Positions 28,010 to 36,694 of a DNA stretch of 64,000 nt are shown piece by piece (position 1 is the first letter of the stretch; each line of letters begins with the position of its first letter). The notes below the pieces were generated by a model. The model was not told where the DNA came from, made no database searches, and worked only from the letters and a program-made list of their open reading frames with translations. The translations under genes were made by a program, and so were the position numbers. This DNA is from Kiritimatiellia bacterium. GTDB taxonomy: Bacteria > Verrucomicrobiota > Kiritimatiellia > RFP12 > UBA1067. Location: NCBI GenBank assembly GCA_050949565.1, contig JBMNFY010000017.1, positions 192,001 to 256,000 on the forward strand. The letters are read 5' to 3'.

Positions 28010-30456
28010 CTCTGAGGCGGTGGATACAGATCGGATGGCTGGCCGCTCTAGCGGTCATAGCCATGCCGCGCCCAGCGCAGGCGTCGGTGTCTGACCTCGA
28101 CCACAATGACGACGGTGTCATCCGCATTGCCTGGCTCTCTACGCCGCAACAAGCTGGTGATATCGACGCCGCCGAAATCTGCTCGGATCTCGAGAGCATG
28201 CTTAAAGCCGCAAAACCCGGCAAGCCGGTGCGGGTCGCCCTCGTTCCGATCACACTCACCCGCACACTGATGGGCTGGTGGTACCATCCAGACGCCCAAA
28301 CCGAGCGCACGCAGCTTTTCAGCGGCGGATATGATGTGCTCGTGCTCGCGGAGCACGACGCGTGCGTCAGTGACTATCCCGAGTTTTTCTTTGAAGGCGT
28401 CCGCGCGATCAACGCGCAGGCGCGTACAGCCGGGCTGCGCACGGTGCTGGCCGTCATGAGCAAACCCGGTCTCTCATTTCGCGACAAGCGCCTGTCCGCC
28501 ATCGCTGAAACGGTCTACCGCGTGGGCGACGGTTGCAACGTGGAGGTGATCCCCGCTGCCTTTGCCTGGCACGAGACTCTGGCGCGCAACCGCCTGCCCG
28601 GCACCTCGCCAATACGCGCCCGTGCCTGCGCCTACCTGACCGCCGCCGCCGTCTATGTTCAACTCGCCAACGAGCGCGTCCCCAAGGGCGCGTTCGATAC
28701 CTACTGGACCACGCGGCGCACGACCGAGGTGCTGGCGCGCTCCGCACGCGATGCCGTCGCCAACGCGCGCACGACCCGCCACTACCGCGGCCCCTTCTCA
28801 GGTGTCGTGCGCATTGAGCCGCGCATCAAACAGCAGCTCAAGATCTACGTGCCCAACACCTTCTCCGATGATCCGCTGCGCCAGAATCTCCAATTCATTC
28901 TGGACGCCGCTTTTCAAGAGTGGTTTTGGAAGACCCCCTCCGAATGGTACACCGACGGCTTCGACCGCTATGCGTCGGCTTTTGATCTGGTGTACGGCGA
29001 TGTGCAGCAGATGAGCCTCTACGCCGACCCACAGCTTTACACATCGCTGAGTCTGCCCCCGACGAATCAGCCGCCGCCTTGTACGGCCGTCTTCAGTCGC
29101 ACACCGACAGAAGACCCCGACGGGCTCGCCACACTGCGCCGCCTTGAGACCATCTTGATCGAGGGCTACGATTTCGCCAAATCGCGCGGCATGGTCTATG
29201 TCCCCTACCCGCTCGCCTGGGCACGCGCGTACCGGGCCGACGCCGCGCTCGTCCGCCCGCCCCAGCCCGGACGCGTCAACGACTGGCTGACCTACATGCT
29301 CGCCAACATGCTGTACACCACGGTAACCGACCGCTTCCTGCCGCCTCCCGAAAAGGTGAAGCCGCAACACGCCAACACGGACCACCCGCGAGGCTGGCAC
29401 GACCTCTGTGCCCGCATCGGCTTCGACACCCTGCGCCAGCTCTCCACGCTACACGAACCGGTCAACGCCCTGCTCCTGAGCAGCGGCACCTATCGGATCG
29501 ACACCGACCGGCCCGGCTTTGTCAGTATCCGCCTGCTCGATCGCCCCGAGCGCGAGACCCGCGTCTTCTGCGCCACCGACCTCCCGGGCGTCGCCCAGCT
29601 CTCGCGCGAGTCGCTGGTCTTCACGCCGGACAACTACGACATCGAGCAGACCATCCGCATCCTGCCCGCCACCAACGCGCCTTCGCTTTTCTTCCACATC
29701 ATGGCCAGCGCCCAGTCCGAGGACAAGAGCATTGACGGCGCCAACGACCTGCGCCCCTTCCTGCTCAATCTCGACGATGATTCGCCGGGGTCGCTCGTCT
29801 TCGACCGAACGGTGGTCTCGCCCCGTACCGGCTACACCGTAATGCTGCGACCGACCACGCGCCCGTGTGAAATTGTGCGCGCACGCATCGCGCAAAACGG
29901 ACGCTTCACGCAAGAGGTCTATTTCTCGCCCGACCATGACAGTGGCAGTCCCGTGCAACTCGCGCCAACGGCCGACGACTATGCCAAAGGCACGTTGTCG
30001 GTCACCGTGACCACCACCTCGGACGATCGCCGGTTCCATGACAAGAGTGTGGCCGTCACGTTTCGTGTTTCAGCCGATGGCATCCGGCTCCCGAACGTGC
30101 GTGTCACCGCGCCCGTGACGAACAGCGTGATCGAAGGCCCCGCCTTCGTGACCGCGCGGGCCGAGGCCGATGCCTCTGTCGACATCGGTACCCTCGCGCT
30201 GTTTCTCGACCACAAACGCCTCGGCCTTTCCGCGACGCCTGTCTGCACGGCTGCCGTCGAAAAAGGCCCGCCGCAGTCGCGCCTCAGTGCTGGCAGCTAC
30301 ACGCTCTGGGCCGCCGCCACCACGACGAACGGCCTCGTGGTAGGATCCGCGCCCGTGACCTTCTCGGTGCGTGAACCCCTGACTCACGACACCCCCGCTG
30401 CCCGCGTCGCCGGCCCCGTGCCATCAACCCCCAACGATAACAAGGTGAATCCATGA
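28006..30456 (+). CDS. Secreted hypothetical protein (SGNH-like N-terminal lobes, Ig-like C-terminal domains)
   Basis: Signal peptide, YDVLVL.E, IPAAFAW, AYLTAAAVY, LVFTPDNY...Q.I, C-terminal Big-like P.V..TAP...G.YTLWA.AT. ATGA overlaps with both neighbours. Confidence 0.55.
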   Translation: MTLRRWIQIGWLAALAVIAMPRPAQASVSDLDHNDDGVIRIAWLSTPQQAGDIDAAEICSDLESMLKAAKPGKPVRVALVPITLTRTLMGWWYHPDAQTERTQLFSGGYDVLVLAEHDACVSDYPEFFFEGVRAINAQARTAGLRTVLAVMSKPGLSFRDKRLSAIAETVYRVGDGCNVEVIPAAFAWHETLARNRLPGTSPIRARACAYLTAAAVYVQLANERVPKGAFDTYWTTRRTTEVLARSARDAVANARTTRHYRGPFSGVVRIEPRIKQQLKIYVPNTFSDDPLRQNLQFILDAAFQEWFWKTPSEWYTDGFDRYASAFDLVYGDVQQMSLYADPQLYTSLSLPPTNQPPPCTAVFSRTPTEDPDGLATLRRLETILIEGYDFAKSRGMVYVPYPLAWARAYRADAALVRPPQPGRVNDWLTYMLANMLYTTVTDRFLPPPEKVKPQHANTDHPRGWHDLCARIGFDTLRQLSTLHEPVNALLLSSGTYRIDTDRPGFVSIRLLDRPERETRVFCATDLPGVAQLSRESLVFTPDNYDIEQTIRILPATNAPSLFFHIMASAQSEDKSIDGANDLRPFLLNLDDDSPGSLVFDRTVVSPRTGYTVMLRPTTRPCEIVRARIAQNGRFTQEVYFSPDHDSGSPVQLAPTADDYAKGTLSVTVTTTSDDRRFHDKSVAVTFRVSADGIRLPNVRVTAPVTNSVIEGPAFVTARAEADASVDIGTLALFLDHKRLGLSATPVCTAAVEKGPPQSRLSAGSYTLWAAATTTNGLVVGSAPVTFSVREPLTHDTPAARVAGPVPSTPNDNKVNP

Positions 30457-31640
30457 TCGGTATTTCCAAGCTCTACATGGGACAAGTGGAAGCGTCGGAC
30501 CCGTTGCGCTACGGCCGCCACTCCGCCAAACTGCCCAGCCATCTGCTGCAATTTTCCGCCGACAAGAAGCCGGTGGTGGTCTGGAATGTCACCTCCGCCT
30601 GCAATCTGGCCTGCACCCATTGCTACGCCGCGACCAAGGGTACGCCTGATGAACTCGACACCAGCGAGGCGCTCGCCCTGATCGACGACCTCGCCGACTT
30701 CGGCTGCCCCGTCCTGCTCTTCTCGGGCGGCGAGCCTTTTATGCGTCCCGGCATTCTGGACCTCGCGCACCACGCCGTCAGCAAAGGCCTGCGCGTCGTC
30801 TTCTCGACGAACGGCACCTTGATCGATGACGCGCTCACCGAGCAGATCAAGGAGATCGGCGTCTCCTATGTCGGGATCAGCATCGACGGCAGCGAAGCCA
30901 CGCACGACCGTTTCCGCGCCTCTCCCGGCGCATACCGCCGCTCGCTGGCTGGCATCCGCGCCTGCCGCGAGGCCGGCATCAAGGTCGGCTTGCGCGTGAC
31001 CATGACCCGCGACAACATCGCCGACATCCCGGCGATCTTCGACCTGATGGAGGCCGAACACATCCCGCGCATCTGCCTCTACCACTTGGTCTACTGCGGT
31101 CGCGGCGCCGATATCACCTCGCGCGACCTTACGCCCGAGCAGCGCCGCGCCACGCTGGACCTGATCATCGACCGCACCGCGCAACTGCACGCGAACGGCT
31201 TCCCAGCGGAAGTGCTCACCGTGGACAACCACTGCGACGGCCCCTACCTCTATCTGCGCATGCAGCGCGAAGGCAATCCCCGCGCCGACGAAGTAATGGC
31301 GCTGCTGCGCATGAACGGCGGCAACAGCACCGGCCACGGCATCGGTTGCGTCAGTTGGGACGGCACCGTTTACCCCGATCAGTTCTGGCGCAACCAGCCG
31401 GTCGGCAACGTGCGGCAAACCCCCTTCAGCAAAATCTGGGGCGAGCCCGCGCCCGGCAGCCTGCTTGCGCAGTTACGCACCAAAAAAGAGCGCGTCACCG
31501 GACGCTGCGAGAACTGCCGCTTTCTCGATGTCTGCGGCGGCAACTTCCGCGCGCGCGCCGAAGCCGCCACCGGCGACATCTGGGGCGTCGATCCGGCCTG
31601 CTACTTGACCGACGAAGAAATCGCGCCGACCCGCTCATGA
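30453..31640 (+). CDS. ahbC: Radical SAM/SPASM 12,18-didecarboxysiroheme deacetylase
   Basis: Characteristic N-terminus MIGISKLY...DPLRYGRHS..LPSHLLQFS.DKKPVVVWN, CNLACTHCY, YHLVY.GRG, LTVDNHCDG, YPDQFW, C..C....CGG.FRARA. Confidence 0.9.
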   Translation: MIGISKLYMGQVEASDPLRYGRHSAKLPSHLLQFSADKKPVVVWNVTSACNLACTHCYAATKGTPDELDTSEALALIDDLADFGCPVLLFSGGEPFMRPGILDLAHHAVSKGLRVVFSTNGTLIDDALTEQIKEIGVSYVGISIDGSEATHDRFRASPGAYRRSLAGIRACREAGIKVGLRVTMTRDNIADIPAIFDLMEAEHIPRICLYHLVYCGRGADITSRDLTPEQRRATLDLIIDRTAQLHANGFPAEVLTVDNHCDGPYLYLRMQREGNPRADEVMALLRMNGGNSTGHGIGCVSWDGTVYPDQFWRNQPVGNVRQTPFSKIWGEPAPGSLLAQLRTKKERVTGRCENCRFLDVCGGNFRARAEAATGDIWGVDPACYLTDEEIAPTRS

Positions 31641-32713
31641 ACGCGCATCCCGCCCACCGTCCCGACACCGCCGACGCGTCCGCCGCCACGCCCCGGGTGA
31701 TCGCGTGGGAGGTCACGCGCCGCTGCCCGCTGGCCTGCCGCCACTGCCGCGCCGGTGCCCAAGACCGTGCCTACGACCACGAACTGACGACCGACGAGTG
31801 CCTGCGCGTACTGGACTCCCTCGCCGCGTTCGGTCGGCCGATGATCATCTGGACCGGCGGGGAACCGATGGCGCGACCCGACATCCTCGACCTCGTCCGC
31901 GCCGCCACAGCACACGGTCTGCGTTCGGTCATGGCGCCGTGCGGCACGCTGGTCACCCGCGACCGGCTGCTGGCGCTCCAAGACGCCGGTGTCATGGCGT
32001 GTAGCTTCAGCCTCGACGGCGCCAACGCCGCCGACCACGATGCCTTTCGTGGCATCGCCGGCGCCTTCGACAACGTGACGCGCGCCATGCGCATCGCGCA
32101 AGAGATCGGCATGCCCTTTCAAGTGAACACCACCGTCTCGCGACTCACACGCGACGCGCTGCCGGCCATCCGCGAACAGGCCATCGCGCACGGCGCGCGT
32201 ACGCTCGACCTCTTCTTTCTGGTGCCGGTCGGACGCGGGGTCGGGCTGCGCGACCTCGCGCTCTCCCCCGATGAAACCGAAGCCGTCCTGCGCTGGGCCT
32301 TCGAGATGGATCGCGCAGGCCCGATCCGCGTGCGCGAAACCTGCGCACCGCAAGCCGTGCGCATCTGGCACGCGCTGGGCAAGCCCGGCCAGCATCCGGC
32401 AGGCTGCATGGGCGGACGCGGCTTCGTCTTCATCTCCCACACCGGCATCCTGCAACCGTGCGGCTTCCTTGACGTGCCCAGCGGCGACCTGCGTCAGCAC
32501 GGATTTGACTTCCGCCGCGCCTACGAGACCTCGCCGGTCTTCAACGACCTGCGCCAGCCCGACCGCTACGGCGGCGCGTGCGGCACCTGCGGTTTCCGCC
32601 AAACGTGCGGCGGCTGCCGCGCACGCGCCTACGCCGCCACCGGCGACTACATGGCCGCTGAAACGAGCTGCCCGCTCGCCGCGCCGTGCGCGGCAAGCGG
32701 AGTTAAAATTTAG
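31637..32713 (+). CDS. ahbD: Radical SAM/SPASM heme b synthase (AhbD/NirJ2-like)
   Basis: IAWEVTRRCPLACRHCRA, FFLVPVGRG, TCAPQ, GCMGG.GF.FISH.G..QPCG, CGGCRARAY. ATGA-coupled to ahbC. Confidence 0.85.
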   Translation: MNAHPAHRPDTADASAATPRVIAWEVTRRCPLACRHCRAGAQDRAYDHELTTDECLRVLDSLAAFGRPMIIWTGGEPMARPDILDLVRAATAHGLRSVMAPCGTLVTRDRLLALQDAGVMACSFSLDGANAADHDAFRGIAGAFDNVTRAMRIAQEIGMPFQVNTTVSRLTRDALPAIREQAIAHGARTLDLFFLVPVGRGVGLRDLALSPDETEAVLRWAFEMDRAGPIRVRETCAPQAVRIWHALGKPGQHPAGCMGGRGFVFISHTGILQPCGFLDVPSGDLRQHGFDFRRAYETSPVFNDLRQPDRYGGACGTCGFRQTCGGCRARAYAATGDYMAAETSCPLAAPCAASGVKI

Positions 32714-32778
32714 GATTTAGGAGTTAGGAGTTTCGGAGTTCTGCGTTGGGCGTTCTGCGTTCTGCGTTCGGCGTTCCT
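32701..32778. repeat. Heptamer tandem array (A[G/T]TTAGG grading into GCGTTCT)
   Basis: atttagg atttagg agttagg agtttcgg agttctg cgttggg cgttctg cgttctg cgttcgg. Confidence 0.7.
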
Positions 32779-32785
32779 CTCCTTG

Positions 32786-32995
32786 TTGCGACCACGCAGT
32801 GGCTCGCAATGGTGAGTGTAAAAACGGACGGAGGATGGGCACCGAGCGCGCATAGGGCATGCAATAAAGGGGGCGCGGAAAGACAGCCCGGTAAAGAGCC
32901 CGTAATGCTGCGAACGGTCACGGGCGGGGCGCGGCTGTGTGTGTGGTGCAAGGTTTTAACCTCATCTTTGTGACCACTGGGTGGTCACAAAAAAG
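32786..32995 (+). mobile_element. ~210-bp non-autonomous REPIN/MITE-like element, copy 1
   Basis: Bounded by TTG[C/T]GACCAC-N3-GTGG(C)TC[G/A]CAA palindromes. Homologous over its whole length to the reverse complement of 42195-42400. Confidence 0.7.
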
Positions 32996-33083
32996 TCGTC
33001 TAAATTCCTGTCCCTTGTTTACATCGGCTCCGGCATTATGCTACATTCTTACTGGTAAGACAAAAAGAAAGGGATGAAACATC

Positions 33084-33347
33084 ATGGAAAGAGTTGCAAC
33101 CACACGAATGTCATCCAAGGGTCAGGTCGTGATCCCAGAGGAGGTACGTAATCGCTTGTGCCTTGAACCCGGCACACAGTTCATTGTGATGGGTGAAAAC
33201 GATGTCGTGATCCTGAAGACCATCACCCCCCCATCGATGTCGGAGTTCGATACCGTTGTGGCCCGTGCCCGTCGGCAGGCCAAGGCGGCTGGCATGAAGC
33301 CCTCTGACATCACCCGTGCCGTTGCCAAGGTGCGGGGGCGAGCGTGA
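33084..33347 (+). CDS. AbrB/MazE/SpoVT family DNA-binding antitoxin
   Basis: TTRMSSKGQVVIPEEVRNRL.L..G..F.V......IL. Confidence 0.9.
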   Translation: MERVATTRMSSKGQVVIPEEVRNRLCLEPGTQFIVMGENDVVILKTITPPSMSEFDTVVARARRQAKAAGMKPSDITRAVAKVRGRA

Positions 33348-33375
33348 AAGTCGTTGCTACGCACATCTGGTTACC
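33344..33375 (+). pseudogene. Possible 5' stub of a deleted PIN-domain (VapC-like) toxin
   Basis: GTGA overlap with the antitoxin stop. MKVVATHI resembles the MKVVxDTN start of PIN toxins, and the sequence then passes into repeat DNA. Confidence 0.4.
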
Positions 33376-33506
33376 GAGGGATAAATGTGGTCACACCTCG
33401 TGCTTTCTTGAGCGACTTGTAAGCCGTCCAAACACCAGCCGTCTAAATGCCTGTCCCTTAGTTGCTATGTACGGCAAAGTAGGGCGGGACGTCTCGGACC
33501 GCTCAT

Positions 33507-33714
33507 CGGCCCAAAGGGCCGGATGCACCATAGCCCGGGGCAAGCGGAGCGCAGCCCCGGGTAGCGTCACCCCCATCCATGTGCCCTGAAAGGGCACTTC
33601 TATCCACGTCCTGTCATTTTTGAGGTGGCCCTTCAGGTCACAGAACTTCGGTTTTCTTGACCCAGGGCTGCGCTCCGCTTGCCCTGGGCTAAGGTGAGGC
33701 CGCCCCTTCAGGGC
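33507..33714. mobile_element. ~200-bp multi-hairpin element with 31-bp internal inverted repeats (IS200/RAYT-type non-autonomous repeat)
   Basis: agcccggggcaagcggagcgcagccccgggt (33532-33562) is inverted against acccagggctgcgctccgcttgccctgggct (33660-33690); also gccctgaaagggc / gcccttcag hairpins. Confidence 0.65.
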
Positions 33715-34242
33715 TTGGGCCGTCTAAATACCTGTCCCTTAGTTGCTGAAGTTATAGGCAAGGAGTTGCATCCCTTCTGCGTTGGGCGTTCTGCGTTCAG
33801 AGTTCGGCGTTCTTCTCCTTGTTGCGACCACGCAGTGGCTCGCAACCGTGAGAGTAAAAACGTTGCTCTGTGTTTTCTCGCGAAGAGGGCGGCGTGACCG
33901 CCGCCGGTCAAGCAGACGCTTGACCCTCCCGGTGCTTCGCAAAAAACTTATTACATCTTACCTATTACTTCTCACCTCCGCCTGTCGCGACTCGCGCTTT
34001 GCGTTCGGTGTTGGGTGTGTTTTTTTCCTGCATGTCCAGCACCGAACTGAGCTGTTTTTCGAGAATTTTAAGTTGTTCTTTCCTGATTCTCACGACATCC
34101 TGAAGCAGCCCGATGATCGCTTCCTCCGGGGGCTTGCCCTTGAAATCCGAGAGAACGACCTTTGCACTTGGAACCTCCTTTTTTGCAACGTCAGCAACCG
34201 CCGTCCCGTAAGCCGAAGGCTGACGAGGGATGGTGTGTCGCC

Positions 34243-34974
34243 TTATTCACCTGTCTTTTTCTTCAGAATAATTAGCGTTGAGGGCTGTTGGTATCGGACG
34301 TTGACACGGAGTGGTTCAAAACCATCGGCTTCAACCCCGATGATGGACGTTCCGGTTTGATAGGCAATCCACTCCCCATCTTTATGCGCTTTCTCAAACG
34401 CTTTCATCTGAAAGTTATACCGAGCTTTTTGATAGGCGGTGCTGTCTTTACCAAAATCACTTTCACGGGGTTCCGGCACGTCCATGGTAAAAGAGCCTTT
34501 CTTACAACCGTAAGCGGCAAAGACATTGATAATGGCGTTAAAGTTGCCGTTCGTGTCTGTTGTGAAAGGCAGAACATTCTTTAATTTTTCGCCAAGCAAC
34601 ATGTCATCGTTTAGCTTAAAGAAGCGGGCTAAAGGAACCGGAACGATCTCACCTTCTTTTGCGATGTGGACAATTTTCCCCATAAACAAGACTTCTGTCC
34701 CACCATCCCCATGCCCCAGCTCCGGGTCGAGATTCAATTCGTCAAACTGCGCCTTCGGATGGGTGGTCGGATGAGTGTACGGATCAGGGGATGACTCACT
34801 AACGACGACAATAGGAGCTGCATTGGTCATAACGTACAGCTTTGGCTTCGAGCACAATTCTCCTTCGCAGGCCACCTCGGATTTTGAGCATCCGGAAACG
34901 AGCAAAAGAAGCAGTAACGTCGCGAACAATCTCATTTTGTTATCGTTCTTACCTTTTTGTGTTTCATGCTTCAT
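34243..34974 (-). CDS. AT-rich hypothetical lipoprotein
   Basis: MRLFATLLLLLLVSG-C lipobox (likely start 34935). Base composition visibly lower in GC than neighbouring genes. Confidence 0.7.
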   Translation of the reverse strand: MKHETQKGKNDNKMRLFATLLLLLLVSGCSKSEVACEGELCSKPKLYVMTNAAPIVVVSESSPDPYTHPTTHPKAQFDELNLDPELGHGDGGTEVLFMGKIVHIAKEGEIVPVPLARFFKLNDDMLLGEKLKNVLPFTTDTNGNFNAIINVFAAYGCKKGSFTMDVPEPRESDFGKDSTAYQKARYNFQMKAFEKAHKDGEWIAYQTGTSIIGVEADGFEPLRVNVRYQQPSTLIILKKKTGE

Positions 34975-35194
34975 GGTCAGAAGTTGGCTCCAGCCGTCTA
35001 AACACCTGTCCCTTGGTTGCGCAAGGCTGCTGCCGGACCGTGTGGCACGGGCATCTTGCCCGTGTGGCGGCGTGACCGCCGCCGGTCAAGCAGACGCTTG
35101 ATCCTCGTTAGATGCTCTCTTCAAAATAATCGGCATCAACTCTCTTAACCGGATATAGCGAAACCGTGGATACACCAACATCATGATCAATCAT

Positions 35195-36645
35195 CAAGGA
35201 CTTTCCCCAAAAAATCGGGGGCAATTATATCTAAGTCCTTGAAAACAAAGGGGATGCGTCTCTGACGGGCGTGCCTGAAAGTGAAAAAGTGGTTTTCCTC
35301 CGCCGGTTCTGCCAAAATGGCGGTTCAACCAAAAACCAAAAACCGGAAAGGAAAACCGACGTGAATCATAGCGCAACGGCGTTCAAAGCGCGAGAGCAAC
35401 TCAAGAATTTTTTGGGGGAACTTTCCCCCCGGTTTTCCAAGCCGCTCGGCAAGTTCGTGGGCGACATGGTCTACGGGATACAGGCGTCGCAGGACGTGAA
35501 GCTCAGCCGGATCGCCCGCGCGCTCGACGAGCCGATATCGATGAAGAAACTGGAGGACAGGCTGAGCCGGATGCTCGGGAGCGAGGGCATCGAGCAGGGG
35601 ATTTCCGACGCTGTCGCCCGTCTGGGCTCGCGTCACGTCCATCAGGACACGCTGATCGTCATCGACCCGACCGACATCCGTAAGCTGTACGCGAAGAAGA
35701 TGGAATATCTCGCCCGCGTCCGGGACGGGAGCACGGGGGAGATCGGCAACGGATACAGCGCCTGCCTGGCGGTCGCCTGCGAGAGCGGCGGCCGCCGGAT
35801 CACGCCGTTGCACATGCGGCTGTGGTCGAGCGAGGCGGAGGGCTTCATCGGCCAGAACGACGAGGTGCTCGGCGTCATCGACCAGATCAGCTCCCGCGCG
35901 AAGAAGCGCGGCATCTACGTCATCGGCCGCGGAGGCGACGGAGACTGGCTGTTCGACGGCCTGGACCGGCGCAAACTGGACTACATCGTGCGCCTCGTGG
36001 GCAACCGCAACCTGCTCCACGGCCGGCGGACCGCGCTGGCCGAAGAACTGGCGGCATCCTGCCCCATGAAGCACATCGAGATCGTCACGAGGGAGACGGG
36101 GGACGGGGTGAAAAGCTATAAGCTGGAGTTCGGCGCCATGACCGTCGCCCTGCCGCAGAGGCCCGACAAGCCCCTGCGCATGGTCGTGGTGAAGGGGTTC
36201 GGCGAGCGGCCGATGCTCCTGCTGACCACGCTGGCCGGGACGACGTCGCGCAAGTCCCTGTGGCAGGTCGTCGAGGGCTATCTGACGCGGTGGCGCGTCG
36301 AGGACGCGATCCGCTTCGTCAAGCAGAGCTACAACCTCGAGGACGTCCGGGTCCTGACGTACCGGCGCCTGAAAAACATGGTCGCTCTGCTGCTGGCCGT
36401 CATCTACTTCAACTGCGTCTGGCTGGCCGGACGGCTGCGCTGCGAGATCCTGACGACCAACATCACCCACGCCGCCAAGCGCATCTACGGCGTGGCCGAG
36501 TTCCTCCACTACGCCGTCGCCGACGGCCTCGGGAGGCTCTTCACGCGCCACGGGAAATGGTACGGCTACAAGCCGCCAGACCCCGAATCAAACCCGCTCG
36601 GACTGGTCTTTCTGGAATGACCAGATTTTTTGGGGAAACTCCTTA
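35195..36645 (+). mobile_element. IS4-family insertion sequence
   Basis: 22-bp terminal IRs, 20/22 identical: CAAGGACTTTCCCCAAAAAATC (35195-35216) and GATTTTTTGGGGAAACTCCTTA (36624-36645). They enclose a DDE transposase. No target duplication visible. Confidence 0.88.
35361..36620 (+). CDS. IS4-family DDE transposase (second catalytic Asp apparently Gly)
   Basis: IVIDPTD, IYVIGRGGD, YREK signature YLTRWRVEDAIRFVK. Probable GTG start at 35361. Confidence 0.88.
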   Translation: MNHSATAFKAREQLKNFLGELSPRFSKPLGKFVGDMVYGIQASQDVKLSRIARALDEPISMKKLEDRLSRMLGSEGIEQGISDAVARLGSRHVHQDTLIVIDPTDIRKLYAKKMEYLARVRDGSTGEIGNGYSACLAVACESGGRRITPLHMRLWSSEAEGFIGQNDEVLGVIDQISSRAKKRGIYVIGRGGDGDWLFDGLDRRKLDYIVRLVGNRNLLHGRRTALAEELAASCPMKHIEIVTRETGDGVKSYKLEFGAMTVALPQRPDKPLRMVVVKGFGERPMLLLTTLAGTTSRKSLWQVVEGYLTRWRVEDAIRFVKQSYNLEDVRVLTYRRLKNMVALLLAVIYFNCVWLAGRLRCEILTTNITHAAKRIYGVAEFLHYAVADGLGRLFTRHGKWYGYKPPDPESNPLGLVFLE

Positions 36646-36656
36646 ACTGTGTACGG

Positions 36657-36685
36657 TTGCATCATTGCCTGATGTACCGTATAAT
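36657..36685 (+). promoter_or_regulatory. Putative sigma70 promoter of rtcB
   Basis: TTGCAT-17 nt-TATAAT, ending 9 nt before GTG 36695. Confidence 0.55.
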
Positions 36686-36694
36686 CCCCATAAA

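Noticed and set aside
34003-34016. Third attC R'' box (ACCCAAC)
   Set aside because: Equally explained by the gcgttcg/gtgttgg heptamer module, and no matching hairpin follows.
33344-34360. Several 60-190-aa ORFs across the repeat island
   Set aside because: They translate repeat modules (e.g. LLVATTQWLA appears in multiple islands) and are not credible genes.
32994-35020. 29-bp motif as CRISPR repeat or dif site
   Set aside because: Spacing is irregular (about 280-1270 bp), and the motif lacks the XerC/XerD arm consensus.
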